Source: a virus
Strand: one strand, 5' to 3'
Length of the DNA stretch: 64,000 nt
IMG/VR virus record: IMGVR_UViG_3300007513_002297
Coordinates: 7,272-71,271 of that record
Below, one piece after another: positions 19,797 through 30,400 of this stretch. The stretch's first letter is position 1. Each line of letters opens with the position of its first letter. The position numbers were made by a program, and so were the translations under genes. The notes under the pieces are model-generated. The model saw only the letters and a list, made by a program, of their open reading frames with translations, did no database searches and was not told the origin of the DNA.

Positions 19797-20104
19797 TTTA
19801 TTACGTTGACATAGATGAAACGATTTGTAGCTATCCAGAAGAACGGGCTTATGAAAAAGCAGTTCCGATTGTTGAAAATATCAGCAGGATCAATGCGCTA
19901 TACGAAGAGGGTAATACGGTTGTATATTGGACGGCCCGAGGTGCTACTACCGGGATTGACTGGGCGGATATTACCCAAAAACAATTATCCCAATGGGGAG
20001 CAAAACATCACGAACTAAAAATGAATAAGCCACATTACGACTTGTTTATATGTGATAAAGCTATAAATTCATATGAGTATTTTAAAGGAGAGGCTAACAA
20101 ATAA
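19793..20104 (+). CDS. Small capless HAD phosphatase
   Basis: DIDET, WTARG, KP-x-x-D-x-x-I-x-DK. Confidence 0.8.
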   Translation: MIYYVDIDETICSYPEERAYEKAVPIVENISRINALYEEGNTVVYWTARGATTGIDWADITQKQLSQWGAKHHELKMNKPHYDLFICDKAINSYEYFKGEANK

Positions 20105-21384
20105 TGAAAGTATATAAAGACATTAACCACTGCAGAGTATGTGGTTCTCCAGATCTAACAGAAGTGATAAGCGTTAAAGAGCAATATTTGTCTCCTAGGT
20201 TTGTTACGACAAATGAAAACAATTCTTTGGCAAACATCCGAGTGCCACAAACTCTTGTGGTGTGTGACCGAAGCAATAGACCCGACGCGTGTGGTTTGTT
20301 GCAACTTAGAGAGACCGTCGAGCCGGATTATTTATATCGTGAATATTTTTATCGTTCTGGTGTGAGCGACACAATGCGTAAGGATTTAAAAAATGTCGTA
20401 GATACAGTTTTAAGCAAAGTCGCTCTCGAAGACGATAATGTGGTAGTTGATATTGGCGCCAATGATTGTACAATGATTAGTTATTTTCCTTCTAACTTAG
20501 TTCGCATTGGCGTGGAGCCGGCACAAAATATCGATTGGACAAATGTAGACTCCGACATTAAGATTGTAAATGATTATTTTTCCCAAAATTCATTAAGCGA
20601 AACATTACAAGGAAAAAAAGTCAAAATCTTTACTTCGTGTGCGATGTTTTATGATTTAGATGATCCAAATAGTTTTGTTGCTGATATTAAGTCGCTTCTT
20701 CATGAGAATGGAGTTTGGTGCATTCAATTAAGTTATTTACCCCTAATGCTAAAGAATATAAATTTTTATGATATTTGTAACGAACATCTAGAATATTATT
20801 CTTTGCATACATTAAATTATTTAATGAAGCAAAATGGATTAGAAATCTTTGATGCTGTTGAGAACGATGTTAATGGCGGAAGCGTACGCGTGATGATCAC
20901 TCACCTTGAACGTAAAGTTGAAAAAACTGATAGTTTTGATTCATTGATTGAGGAAGAGAAGCAGATGAACCTCTTTGATAAGCAAACGTATATTAATTTT
21001 CATGAAGAGATTTTAAAATTAAAAGATAAAATTAAAAACACAATTGGCGTAGAGATTAAAAACGGCAACACGGTGCTGGGATTAGGTGCTTCCACCAAAG
21101 GAAATATGCTTTTACAGTTGTTTGGGATTGGTAAAGAAACCATTCCATATATCAGTGAGCGCAATCCTGACAAAGTAGGGCTCAAAACCTTAGGAACTGA
21201 CATTGAATTGATTTCGGAAGAAAAAGCAAGACAACTTAGCCCTAGTTATATGCTTGTTTTGCCCTGGTATTTTAAAGATGAAATTGTAATCAGAGAGCAA
21301 GAATATATTCAAAACGGAGGAAAATTGCTTTTCCCGATGCCATACCCTCATATTGTTCATAAAGATGGAGAAACAAAGTTATGA
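20104..21384 (+). CDS. NDP-hexose C-methyltransferase (TylC3/TcaB9-like)
   Basis: CRVCGS Zn site, DIGAND, EHLEYYS, GASTKGN, LVLPWYF. Confidence 0.85.
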   Translation: MKVYKDINHCRVCGSPDLTEVISVKEQYLSPRFVTTNENNSLANIRVPQTLVVCDRSNRPDACGLLQLRETVEPDYLYREYFYRSGVSDTMRKDLKNVVDTVLSKVALEDDNVVVDIGANDCTMISYFPSNLVRIGVEPAQNIDWTNVDSDIKIVNDYFSQNSLSETLQGKKVKIFTSCAMFYDLDDPNSFVADIKSLLHENGVWCIQLSYLPLMLKNINFYDICNEHLEYYSLHTLNYLMKQNGLEIFDAVENDVNGGSVRVMITHLERKVEKTDSFDSLIEEEKQMNLFDKQTYINFHEEILKLKDKIKNTIGVEIKNGNTVLGLGASTKGNMLLQLFGIGKETIPYISERNPDKVGLKTLGTDIELISEEKARQLSPSYMLVLPWYFKDEIVIREQEYIQNGGKLLFPMPYPHIVHKDGETKL

Positions 21385-22277
21385 AAGTCGTTGTGACGGG
21401 CGGAACTGGCTTCGTTGGACAAAGGCTCAAAAAGATAAGACCAGATTGGATATATCTTTCATCGAAAGATTATGATTTAGTTTCCACTGAAGATTGTAAA
21501 AGAATGTATTGTGAATTACAACCCGATGCGGTTTTGCATATGGCAGGAAAGGTCGGCGGCATTGGCGCTAATGATGCACATCCGGCAGAATTTTATTATT
21601 TAAATACAATGATCAATACGAATGTTATTCATCAAGGCTACTTGCATGGAGTTAAAAGAATTTTAGCGACTTTAAGCACGTGTACATTCCCAGATGTGGT
21701 AGAGAATTATCCTTTGACCGAGAGTGATATTTTATCTGGGCCACCAGCCAAGACTAACCTTTCTTATGGCTACGCTAAGCGTTCTTTGTATGTTCAAATA
21801 AATTCATATAGAAAACAATATGGAGTAAATTATTCCACCTTTTGTCCTTCTAATCTCTACGGACCCGGTGACAATTTTGATTCATTAAGTTCACACTTTG
21901 TGGCAGCTTTGATATCTAAAATTGCTAAAGCAAAAGATGGAGACACAATAGAACTGTGGGGTACCGGCACACCTTTACGCCAACAACTATATGTTGATGA
22001 TTTGTGTGAGATAATTCCGATGCTTTTGGAAAAGCACAATGGCGACGAACCATTGATTGTTGCCCCGAATGAAAACTTAAGCATTGATGAGATGACAGAG
22101 ATATTAATATCCCAAGTACACAAAAATATTGAAATTGTTTATAATAATAAATTGGATGGACAATTTCGAAAAGACGGGAGCAATAAGCGTCTGAAAGAAG
22201 TAATAGGAGACTATCATTTTACCACTTTCCAAGAGGGCGTTTTAAAAACATATGACAACTATAGAGAGAACCGATGA
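21381..22277 (+). CDS. fcl: GDP-L-fucose synthase-like epimerase/reductase
   Basis: [31 protein letters not shown]...[10 protein letters not shown]. Confidence 0.88.
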   Translation: MKVVVTGGTGFVGQRLKKIRPDWIYLSSKDYDLVSTEDCKRMYCELQPDAVLHMAGKVGGIGANDAHPAEFYYLNTMINTNVIHQGYLHGVKRILATLSTCTFPDVVENYPLTESDILSGPPAKTNLSYGYAKRSLYVQINSYRKQYGVNYSTFCPSNLYGPGDNFDSLSSHFVAALISKIAKAKDGDTIELWGTGTPLRQQLYVDDLCEIIPMLLEKHNGDEPLIVAPNENLSIDEMTEILISQVHKNIEIVYNNKLDGQFRKDGSNKRLKEVIGDYHFTTFQEGVLKTYDNYRENR

Positions 22278-23272
22278 CTGAAAAAAAGAAAACAGCACTT
22301 ATAACCGGCATCACCGGTCAAGATGGCTCTTATTTAGCCGATTTTTTGTTACAAAAGGGTTATCACGTTGTAGGTATTAAGCGCCGCACGTCGCTGTTGT
22401 CAACTGATCGAATTGATCACATTTTTGATGATCTGGAAAGCGTAATAAATTTTGACATGGCTTATGGCAATGTGATTGATGCAGGCAATATCTATAGATT
22501 ATTACAAGAAACTCAGCCAGATGAAATTTATAATTTAGCTGCGCAATCACACGTAAGGGTTTCGTTTGAAACTCCCGAAGAGACTGCAAAAATTGTTGCC
22601 ATGGGAACCCTTCGGCTTTTAGAAGCTGTAAGAAACGTCTGCCCAAGTGCGAAATTTTATCAAGCTTCGTCATCTGAAATGTTTGGTGACAATCCTGAAA
22701 ACCCTCAAAACGAAGATACGAGATTGCTGCCTGCAAGTCCGTATGCGTGTTCAAAAGTTTTTGCTCACCATCTTTGCAGAAATTATAGAGAAAGCTACAA
22801 TTTGCATGCATCTAGTGGTATTTTATTTAATCATGAATCTCCTCGAAGAGGTGAAACATTTGTGACTAGAAAGATTACTTTAGCGGCCGCCCGAATTAAA
22901 GCGGGGATCCAAGATAAACTTTATTTGGGAAACCTTGACGCTAAGCGCGACTGGGGCTTTGCCGGCGATTTCGTGGAAGCCATGTGGTTGATGTTGCAAC
23001 AAGAGGAGCCGGATGATTATGTTATAGCCACCGGCGAAACTCATACAGTTCGTGAATTTCTTGAGGAAGTTTTCGAAATTGCAGGATTAGACATCGAGAA
23101 GCACGTCGAAATTGATTCGAGACTATTTAGACCACATGAAGTTCCCTTACTTTTGGGAGATCCTACGAAAGCGAAAAAGAAACTCGGATGGGAACCCAAA
23201 GTCAAATTTAAACAATTAGCAAAAATGATGTACGAAGAAGATCTTAAAGTGGCTTATCGCACACACATATAA
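22274..23272 (+). CDS. gmd: GDP-mannose 4,6-dehydratase
   Basis: [46 protein letters not shown]. Confidence 0.95.
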   Translation: MTEKKKTALITGITGQDGSYLADFLLQKGYHVVGIKRRTSLLSTDRIDHIFDDLESVINFDMAYGNVIDAGNIYRLLQETQPDEIYNLAAQSHVRVSFETPEETAKIVAMGTLRLLEAVRNVCPSAKFYQASSSEMFGDNPENPQNEDTRLLPASPYACSKVFAHHLCRNYRESYNLHASSGILFNHESPRRGETFVTRKITLAAARIKAGIQDKLYLGNLDAKRDWGFAGDFVEAMWLMLQQEEPDDYVIATGETHTVREFLEEVFEIAGLDIEKHVEIDSRLFRPHEVPLLLGDPTKAKKKLGWEPKVKFKQLAKMMYEEDLKVAYRTHI

Positions 23273-23284
23273 AGGAGAAATAGA

Positions 23285-23473
23285 ATGAACTTGAAAAAAT
23301 TTGTTAAAAGCTGGTTTTCAGAACCAGAACCAACGCCAGTAGTTGTTGAACCTGAAGTTGATCTTGCTGACTTAAAACTATCTGAACTTAGGGCAGTGGC
23401 AAAAGAGCGCGGAATGAAAGGTTATACAAAATATAAAAAAGCTGAATTATTACAATTACTTAAAGGAGAATAA
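23285..23473 (+). CDS. Rho N-terminal-domain small protein
   Basis: LKLSELRAVAKERGMKGYTKYKKAELL pattern; AAGGAG SD. Confidence 0.75.
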   Translation: MNLKKFVKSWFSEPEPTPVVVEPEVDLADLKLSELRAVAKERGMKGYTKYKKAELLQLLKGE

Positions 23474-23474
23474 A

Positions 23475-23699
23475 ATGAGCAATAAAATAGAAAATATGAA
23501 GTTATCTACTCAAGCTATGGGAGCCATTATGATGGCCCTCCAGGAGTCTTTGATGAATCAAATGGACATTGTGCCAATTTTACAGAATTTTGATTTAACA
23601 ATGACGCAAGACGGGCTTATAGTGAACAATCCCCCCACAGTGCGAGTTTCTGACAGTTCAGAGATTACTGAACAAGATTTAGCCAAAATGGTAAAATAA
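23475..23699 (+). CDS. Hypothetical protein
   Basis: AAGGAG SD; tiles between neighbouring genes. Confidence 0.7.
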   Translation: MSNKIENMKLSTQAMGAIMMALQESLMNQMDIVPILQNFDLTMTQDGLIVNNPPTVRVSDSSEITEQDLAKMVK

Positions 23700-23962
23700 T
23701 GCCTCGCTATCGTTATGTGTGCACAGAATGCTCCACGGAGCATATAATTTTTCATTTATATGAAGAAGAGCCTTTAACGAATTGCAGCACTTTAGAATGT
23801 GAAGGGCGCTTGGTACGAAGTGTTACCAAGCCCGTGGTACCCCATGTGCTTCCTGTTGAAACAACAAGTGGGAAACTAACGGAAGAATTTATAGAAGAGA
23901 GCAAGGAAGCCTTAAGGCAGCAGAAACAAGAAGCCAAAGAGAGTACCTATGAGCCGTCTTGA
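23699..23962 (+). CDS. FmdB-family zinc-ribbon protein
   Basis: MP-x-Y-x-Y-x-CTEC...C-x-x-x-x-C. Confidence 0.75.
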   Translation: MPRYRYVCTECSTEHIIFHLYEEEPLTNCSTLECEGRLVRSVTKPVVPHVLPVETTSGKLTEEFIEESKEALRQQKQEAKESTYEPS

Positions 23963-24314
23963 TATAATATTATCATCTATTTTGTTTTTGTCAATTTGTT
24001 TTAATGTAGGCATTTTTATATATGCGCGCGCTTCAATCTCACGATTGCTGTTTGTGTCTGAAGAATTGGGTGATCTACAAAATATGATTGATGCCTTCGC
24101 AAAACATCTACAATCAGTATATGAGTTAGAATTGTTTTATGGAGATGTCACATTAGAACATCTTTTGAATCATGCTGTTTCTTTTAATGAGCAGCTAGAA
24201 ACCTTTGAACATATTTATTCATTGACTGAAGAAGAGGTGCCCAACGAACAATTAATTGAGGACGAAGAATTTGACAGCAATGAAAAAGATACGCCGCCGC
24301 AGAGCGAAGACTAA
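23949..24314 (+). CDS. Hypothetical protein with N-terminal transmembrane helix
   Basis: IILSSILFLSICFNVGIFIY hydrophobic run, helical middle, acidic tail. Confidence 0.65.
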   Translation: MSRLDIILSSILFLSICFNVGIFIYARASISRLLFVSEELGDLQNMIDAFAKHLQSVYELELFYGDVTLEHLLNHAVSFNEQLETFEHIYSLTEEEVPNEQLIEDEEFDSNEKDTPPQSED

Positions 24315-24978
24315 GAATCATTATTTTACTCAAGTCCATGAGGATGCAATAGTAAAATATGCCAACACGCTTGATGTAAAAATTAGAACACAGTTGTATG
24401 TAGATTATATTCAGCCGGCTTTTAATGAAATGGTTGATAAGATAGTTTTTACTTATAAATTTACTAATCTTCCCAATTGTGATTATTTGCGGGATGAATG
24501 TAAGATCTGGCTTGTAACTATTCTAGACAAATATGATCCAAACAAAGGCTCTAAAGCCTTTTCTTATTTTTCGGTTATTACCAAAAATTGGTTTATTCAC
24601 AAAGTAAAACAACAACAAAAAAAGAACAAACGTGAAGTTGATTTAGATCATCTTCCCAAACGATATGAAGAAGAGTACCTCTCAACTAATGAATCGTACG
24701 TTACGACACGAGAAGAAGATGAGTTTTGGAGGTCGTTTTATGAGGAATTGAAATCTTGGGATGCATCCCAGATGAAAGAAAACGATTTAAAGGTCTATAA
24801 AGCCATTATTATTCTTTTTGAATCTAAGGATGATATCGAAATTTTTAACAAAAAAGCTATTTATTTATATCTCCGCGAAATTACAGATTTGAATACCAAG
24901 CAAATTGTTAATTCTTTGAAGAAATTTCGCAAAAGATATTATAATTTCAAACAAAATTGGGAAAATGGCTTATTATGA
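24280..24978 (+). CDS. Phage sigma factor, T4 gp55-like (late transcription)
   Basis: Start likely ATG 24280; NHYF N-terminus and KYDPNKGSKAFSYFSVI sigma region-2 signature; precedes the structural module. Confidence 0.7.
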   Translation: MKKIRRRRAKTKNHYFTQVHEDAIVKYANTLDVKIRTQLYVDYIQPAFNEMVDKIVFTYKFTNLPNCDYLRDECKIWLVTILDKYDPNKGSKAFSYFSVITKNWFIHKVKQQQKKNKREVDLDHLPKRYEEEYLSTNESYVTTREEDEFWRSFYEELKSWDASQMKENDLKVYKAIIILFESKDDIEIFNKKAIYLYLREITDLNTKQIVNSLKKFRKRYYNFKQNWENGLL

Positions 24979-25277
24979 GCGTAAAAGACTTAGACACTCT
25001 CATTAACGAAGCACTGGACAACATTCGTAATGATAGAAAAGTGGCCCGCGAATTTCTTAATGAAATCGCCAACCAAATTGCTGCGGATGCGGAACAGAAC
25101 AAATACTTGAGCCCCGTTGCTGCAAAACACATTGAAACAATGCAACGATCCAATGAACAATTGGTAAAGCTTATTGCAATCCGACGAAAAGACACTACCC
25201 AATCAGTGGAATTGACTACAGAAGACAAGGACAGTCTTTTTGATTTAATTCAAGGAGGAGTAGAAGATGCCCAGTGA
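24975..25277 (+). CDS. Hypothetical helical protein
   Basis: ATGA overlap with the sigma gene stop. Confidence 0.7.
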   Translation: MSVKDLDTLINEALDNIRNDRKVAREFLNEIANQIAADAEQNKYLSPVAAKHIETMQRSNEQLVKLIAIRRKDTTQSVELTTEDKDSLFDLIQGGVEDAQ

Positions 25278-26421
25278 TGCTGATGGACCTATTCCTGCGT
25301 CTGCTTTAACGGTTCCTCGCCAAGCTGCTGACTATTTGCTTAAAAAAGACAGTAGCTATAACGCCTTAGGGTCTCAAATGATATTTCAAGCACGCGTCAT
25401 CGCAGTGCAGAAGACAATCGGCTCACTTGAGTCAAGGGCATTTGGCATGGTCGGGTCCAACAGCGCCGAGGGCGCCACCATTGCGTCAGTTAGAATTATA
25501 GATCCTCGTATGAGCCATGCCCGATTTTTAGCACCTGCGTGCCGTATTTCTGTTGCTCAAGGGGATCTAGCAAGTGTACGCCAACAACAAGCGCTTCTAT
25601 TACAAATGGTGGTTCCAAAGAGTCAGACACAATTTCAGCAAGTGGCACCCGGCACCATTGTAGAAGTTTTATTAAAGCCGGGAGATAATGGTGCACCATA
25701 TAATTTGAAAATAGGAACGTTCATAAAGATCGTGTCCCAGCCGCCTTCAGGGGGTCTACAAGATGAAGTTTGCGCTCCGATGTCCGACCTCTTTGATGAT
25801 GCCCCCCTCGCCGCAACGCCCGGCTCGGCCGGATCCCAACACTCTCGTTCTCGTCCTGCCGCCGATCAAACCCCTGAAGCAATTGGTTCTCTAACAATAG
25901 AAAACAAGTTGAACGAATCTGTCGGTCGCAAGGATGAACCTTTATCTCCAACTGGCATAACTATACACTATACTGCCGGCGGATCTTCGGCTAGCGCCAT
26001 CTCGACATTAAACCAGAAAGGTTATTCTTATCATTTTATCATTTCGAGAGACGGCACAATTGAACAATTGGAGAGAACAGATGTGCAATCTATTCACGAT
26101 CCAAAAACAAATGCTACTCATATTGGGATTTCTTTTGTAAATTTAGGAAACCAGCCAGAGTTCGCTGGAGAATATGGAAGTCCCGCGCTGAATAAATGGA
26201 TTAGCGGAGACACAACAACTGGCACAGAAGACAAGTGGGATCCTTACCCCCTTACGCAGACTCTCGCTGGCAGAAAATTGGTGAAAGAATTAAAAAAGAT
26301 GTATCCCGATATAACTGATTTGGTGGGACACTCCGAAGTAAGTACGTCAGGTAAGCAGGATCCTGGTCCCGCTTTTCCCTTAAGCAAGTATAAGGGCTAT
26401 GTCGGGTCATCTGTAGCGTAA
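25267..26421 (+). CDS. Tail-associated N-acetylmuramoyl-L-alanine amidase (Amidase_2 at C-terminus)
   Basis: IHYTA, SYHFII-x-x-DG, IGI, GHSE...K-x-DPG; extra ~200-aa N-terminal domain. Confidence 0.8.
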   Translation: MPSDADGPIPASALTVPRQAADYLLKKDSSYNALGSQMIFQARVIAVQKTIGSLESRAFGMVGSNSAEGATIASVRIIDPRMSHARFLAPACRISVAQGDLASVRQQQALLLQMVVPKSQTQFQQVAPGTIVEVLLKPGDNGAPYNLKIGTFIKIVSQPPSGGLQDEVCAPMSDLFDDAPLAATPGSAGSQHSRSRPAADQTPEAIGSLTIENKLNESVGRKDEPLSPTGITIHYTAGGSSASAISTLNQKGYSYHFIISRDGTIEQLERTDVQSIHDPKTNATHIGISFVNLGNQPEFAGEYGSPALNKWISGDTTTGTEDKWDPYPLTQTLAGRKLVKELKKMYPDITDLVGHSEVSTSGKQDPGPAFPLSKYKGYVGSSVA

Positions 26422-26454
26422 TTTGAAACAAAGAAGCGTAAAAGGAAAAAACCA

Positions 26455-27384
26455 ATGGCAAAAATTAAATTTGCAGACTTAAATCCAGCCCTCGCGGGTG
26501 TGCGCGTCCAAGATCTTATTGATCAAGGGATGACCGTAAATGGTGTGCCGGAAGGCGCCGGGCTTATGAATACTGAGGCTTCTACTGAGAGTTATGGATA
26601 TAATGTGCCACCCGGCGCCATGCCGATTGCACACGCTGGTGCTTATATAACGCTGGGTGCTGTTCCACCCGAAGGTTTGGCCTCTGGATATTCAGCCCAA
26701 GGCGCCGCCAGCCCCACAATAGATTTAGTAGTGGGAAGAAATGCTAGCTCATTCGGAGGAAAAGGTCTCTCAGATGGTTACATTGTAGATAACAATTTTG
26801 GAACTGATGCGGCACGTATTTATATTAGTCGTTTGACTGATGTGGATAAATATTTTAGTCTTGCCAAGCGCGAAGGATCTGAACATAAAAACTCTCAACG
26901 ATCTGCTGTCGCAGTTAAAGCTGATAATGTGCGACTGATAGGGAGAGAAGGGGTTAAAATTGTTACCGGCAAAATGCAAGGGGGAAACTTTGGACCGCAT
27001 GGAGAAACGAACTCTCTAGGCGGCAGAATTGAAAGTCCTGCGCCCAAAATTGAACTGATTGCCGGCAACAACTATGACAACGTTCAAGGGCTGGCGCTTG
27101 GAGAAACAACACGCGATTCATTGCGAGAGCTTCATGATATTTTACAAGACCTGTGGAGCGCTGTTTATAATTTTATCATGCTTCAAACGGCATGGGACGC
27201 GGTTATAGGGGTGAGTCCGTTCCCGTGGTATCCTGCCGGCGCTGCTCCCAAATCAATGGGCAACATGTCAATGGTTATGAGTTCACTCTATTCTACGAAG
27301 ATTAATTTGATGTTATGGGATTTCAACAGCTTAAACCCCGCCGGCAACCAATATATTGTTAGCAGAAATGTGAGATCGAATTAA
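26455..27384 (+). CDS. Putative baseplate hub/spike-related protein
   Basis: Position between amidase and wedge genes; beta-repeat-like SAVAVKADNVRLIGREGVKIVT. Confidence 0.5.
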   Translation: MAKIKFADLNPALAGVRVQDLIDQGMTVNGVPEGAGLMNTEASTESYGYNVPPGAMPIAHAGAYITLGAVPPEGLASGYSAQGAASPTIDLVVGRNASSFGGKGLSDGYIVDNNFGTDAARIYISRLTDVDKYFSLAKREGSEHKNSQRSAVAVKADNVRLIGREGVKIVTGKMQGGNFGPHGETNSLGGRIESPAPKIELIAGNNYDNVQGLALGETTRDSLRELHDILQDLWSAVYNFIMLQTAWDAVIGVSPFPWYPAGAAPKSMGNMSMVMSSLYSTKINLMLWDFNSLNPAGNQYIVSRNVRSN

Positions 27385-27403
27385 TTATATAACAAGGTAA
27401 CTC

Positions 27404-30400
27404 ATGTCAGAATCTAAATTCCTACCTTTTCAGGATGCAAATGGCGACGGATTAATCGACGTTTGTGATGAAATCGTTGCGCCAGAGGTGGTGGCATGCC
27501 CTGAGTGTACTCCTAATCCAGCAGCATTGGTGCCGGATTGGTTGACTCGAGATATTTACGAGCCATTTTTAAATGAAAAGCTGTGCAAATACCAAGTTAC
27601 TGTCACGACGTCTGAGACTACAACTCGCTCGCCTGAAGATGGAGACGAAGCTGCCGCTAAATTAGCTTTAGACGAGCTATATGAAGAATCTGCCGAGACT
27701 GCCATTCTGGCATTATTAACGGTTTATAATAAAGATCAATCGTCTACTTCCGTTAGCGCGATTAAAGAAGTAATTGAATACACTCAATTTTCTTTGGATG
27801 TGCGCCCTAAATCAAGACTTAAGCTGTTATACAGTGTTCCTAAAGAAAATCTTGATGCTTTGGATGATGCTGAAGAAGAGGAAGAAGAAGATGACGCTGA
27901 AGCTGGTGATATAATTGTCACCTTCCCTGCGAACGAATTGGGTCCCATGATGATGAGGATCCGTAAAACTCTTCGACTTTATAATCGCTACCTTAAAACT
28001 TATCGAGCGGTAGATAACAGCAACTTATTGTTTTTAGAAGATAACTCGGTATTTCCTTTAGAAATTTATGGAGATTGGGGCGGAGGCATGGCTAAGACAG
28101 AAGTGATGTCGAAAGTGTTGCCACAATTAGATGGCTTTCTAAACAATTATGGATATAATATTGGTAATGTGGGAGGTTTAGGCAATGCCGGCAGCGGAAT
28201 ATGGCACGGCGGCGACCGCCTAACAGAAATTACATTTACATTTGATAGTGATTATATCATTAAAAAATTAAAGTTTTTTACTGAAGGTTGCGGCGAAAAG
28301 CCCACAATTTATACGGAAGATTCGGGCAAAATTAAAAAATTAAAGGCAGAATCGGCTTGGAAAGATCGAACTGCAATGGGATATTTGATATCTTTGAGAG
28401 AAATGGATGCAGAAATTCAAGGAAGAGTGGCACCCAACTGGATAGAATTCTTGAAGAAATACACTTATCCCGAAATTTACGAGACAGATACAGTTGCTTA
28501 TGATTCTTCTCCTGCAAGTTGTATAGGAGAAGCTTTATTTAATGAAGGGAAACAACTTGGCCAAGATATTCTGGATGAAGTTTTTAGCTTGGGAGATGCA
28601 TTAGCTTATAAGTTTAAAGATCAGATATGTAAAAAATCATTAGGCGAAGCTATGGAGGAACAAGCGTCACTGGGCGTGATTTATGATCCGAATGCTCAAG
28701 AAGACGTCAACTGGTACACCATGGCACAAATGCAAGCATTTCAAACACTTGAAGCTGATGAACAGGTGTTTATGACGTTTTGTGCCAGAGTCTTGGGAAT
28801 GGGCTCTGGCTTGGGTGACGGTGACGCTGTAGCAATGTTGGACGCGTTGTGGAGTGAAGGGTTTGACGACTTTAAGCTTTGTGGTCTAATGAGCTTCCTC
28901 ACAGAAGCAATTAATTGTTTAATGGGAGGTTTAACTCTAGAAGAGGCACTCACCCCCATTGTAGAAAGCGCACTCGCTGGCATGCAGATTAATAACTTTG
29001 GGGATTTGTTTATAGGTCTGCCGCCCGAGAAGCAAATCGAACTAGACGAATTGGTTAAAAAGAACCTAGAAAGTGGCAATATCTTTAAAGATGACAGTAG
29101 CTTACAGGCATTTTCTGATTCTCTAGCTCCATCCGGCGGCGAAGGCGGAGATGCTGTCGGAGAAATGGACAACGCGTGGCAAATTGTTAAACCATGGGAA
29201 GACGATAACTTGTCTGAGAGCGAGCGCTGGATGGATTCAACTGGGATGACGAGCGCAGAGTTGCAAGATCCCACCAAAGAAACTCGAACTTTAGCACAAC
29301 AATTTGACGTTGGTTCTGAGGAAAACAGAAATCAGCTTAGCTCAAGTATTGTAATGCAGGCATATGTTAAAGCCCTCTTAGAGGTTTATCAAGACAATCT
29401 TTTAGAATTAGTAGATGAGATTAATAAATTTCCTGGCGCCCAGATGATAGCCAATCTTCTTGCTTTTATAGATTGCCCACGCCCAGCGTTCTTTAATCCA
29501 AGTGTTATGGACTTCATTAAAGACATTGAACTGCCGTTCTGTCGAGAAATGAGTGATATTAATTTCCCCAGACTTGTTAATCCTTTCGGCTGGTTTCCAA
29601 AATGGGTTGATATTGTGCAAGCGATTCAAGTAGCGTTTATGGCTGCGCTCCAGCAATTAGTCATTACTATCATAATGAAGCTCATTGTCAAGGTGTGCGA
29701 GCTAATCGGAAATGCGCTTTGTAAAGCGTTAGAGATGGCAGGCGACCTGTTAGAAGCTCTCGCGACTCCTGGGGATTGCACTCAATTTTCTGACATGGTG
29801 AGAGAGGCGCTGTGTGGCGAAAATGCCACAGATGATGCCGTCAACGATACAATGGTCGACATGATAGGAACTTTGGGCGTTGGGGCAGCCGCTTGGGCAG
29901 ATCACGATCAAACGTTGGCATTCGCAGAAGATATCGGATGCTCGGTGACACGCAAAGAACTAGCCGATGCGATGTTGGGCGAAATGTCTAATGACATGGC
30001 CGCCGCACTCGTAAGCCTTGTAGAAAATGAATATCCAGACTTTCAAGAAGCTCTTCCTCACGAAGAAGCAGTTAAAAGCATGATGAAGGGTTGTGGCAAT
30101 TTGCTTCCGGCAGACTTTAAAGATGGTCTCCGCGACTTTGTCAACCAGCTTCCAGAAAACGATGTGATGCCGGCACATCCTTCGCTGTGCGCCACTCCCG
30201 AACAATTAGAAGATTTTTGTGCATTGAGGGCAGAATTGCTATCTGACCGGGCGTCTCCTGAGCAAATTGCGGAAATGTGCGACAACTTGCGAGAGACAGC
30301 GAAAGAAGATCTTGGAGATCTTTGGCGCGCCGCCAATGACTTTGAGGGCTATATTGAAGATAATATGCCACCAATTATATCTGATCCCGGTTGCGATAAC

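Noticed and set aside
833-23272. Bacterial O-antigen/capsule locus next to a prophage
   Set aside because: No export or polymerase genes, no att site or integrase; flanked on both sides by phage-type genes on the same strand with the same promoter style.
24271-24276. TTGACA just before the sigma gene start
   Set aside because: No -10 box at 16-18 bp spacing, and it is too close to the ATG.
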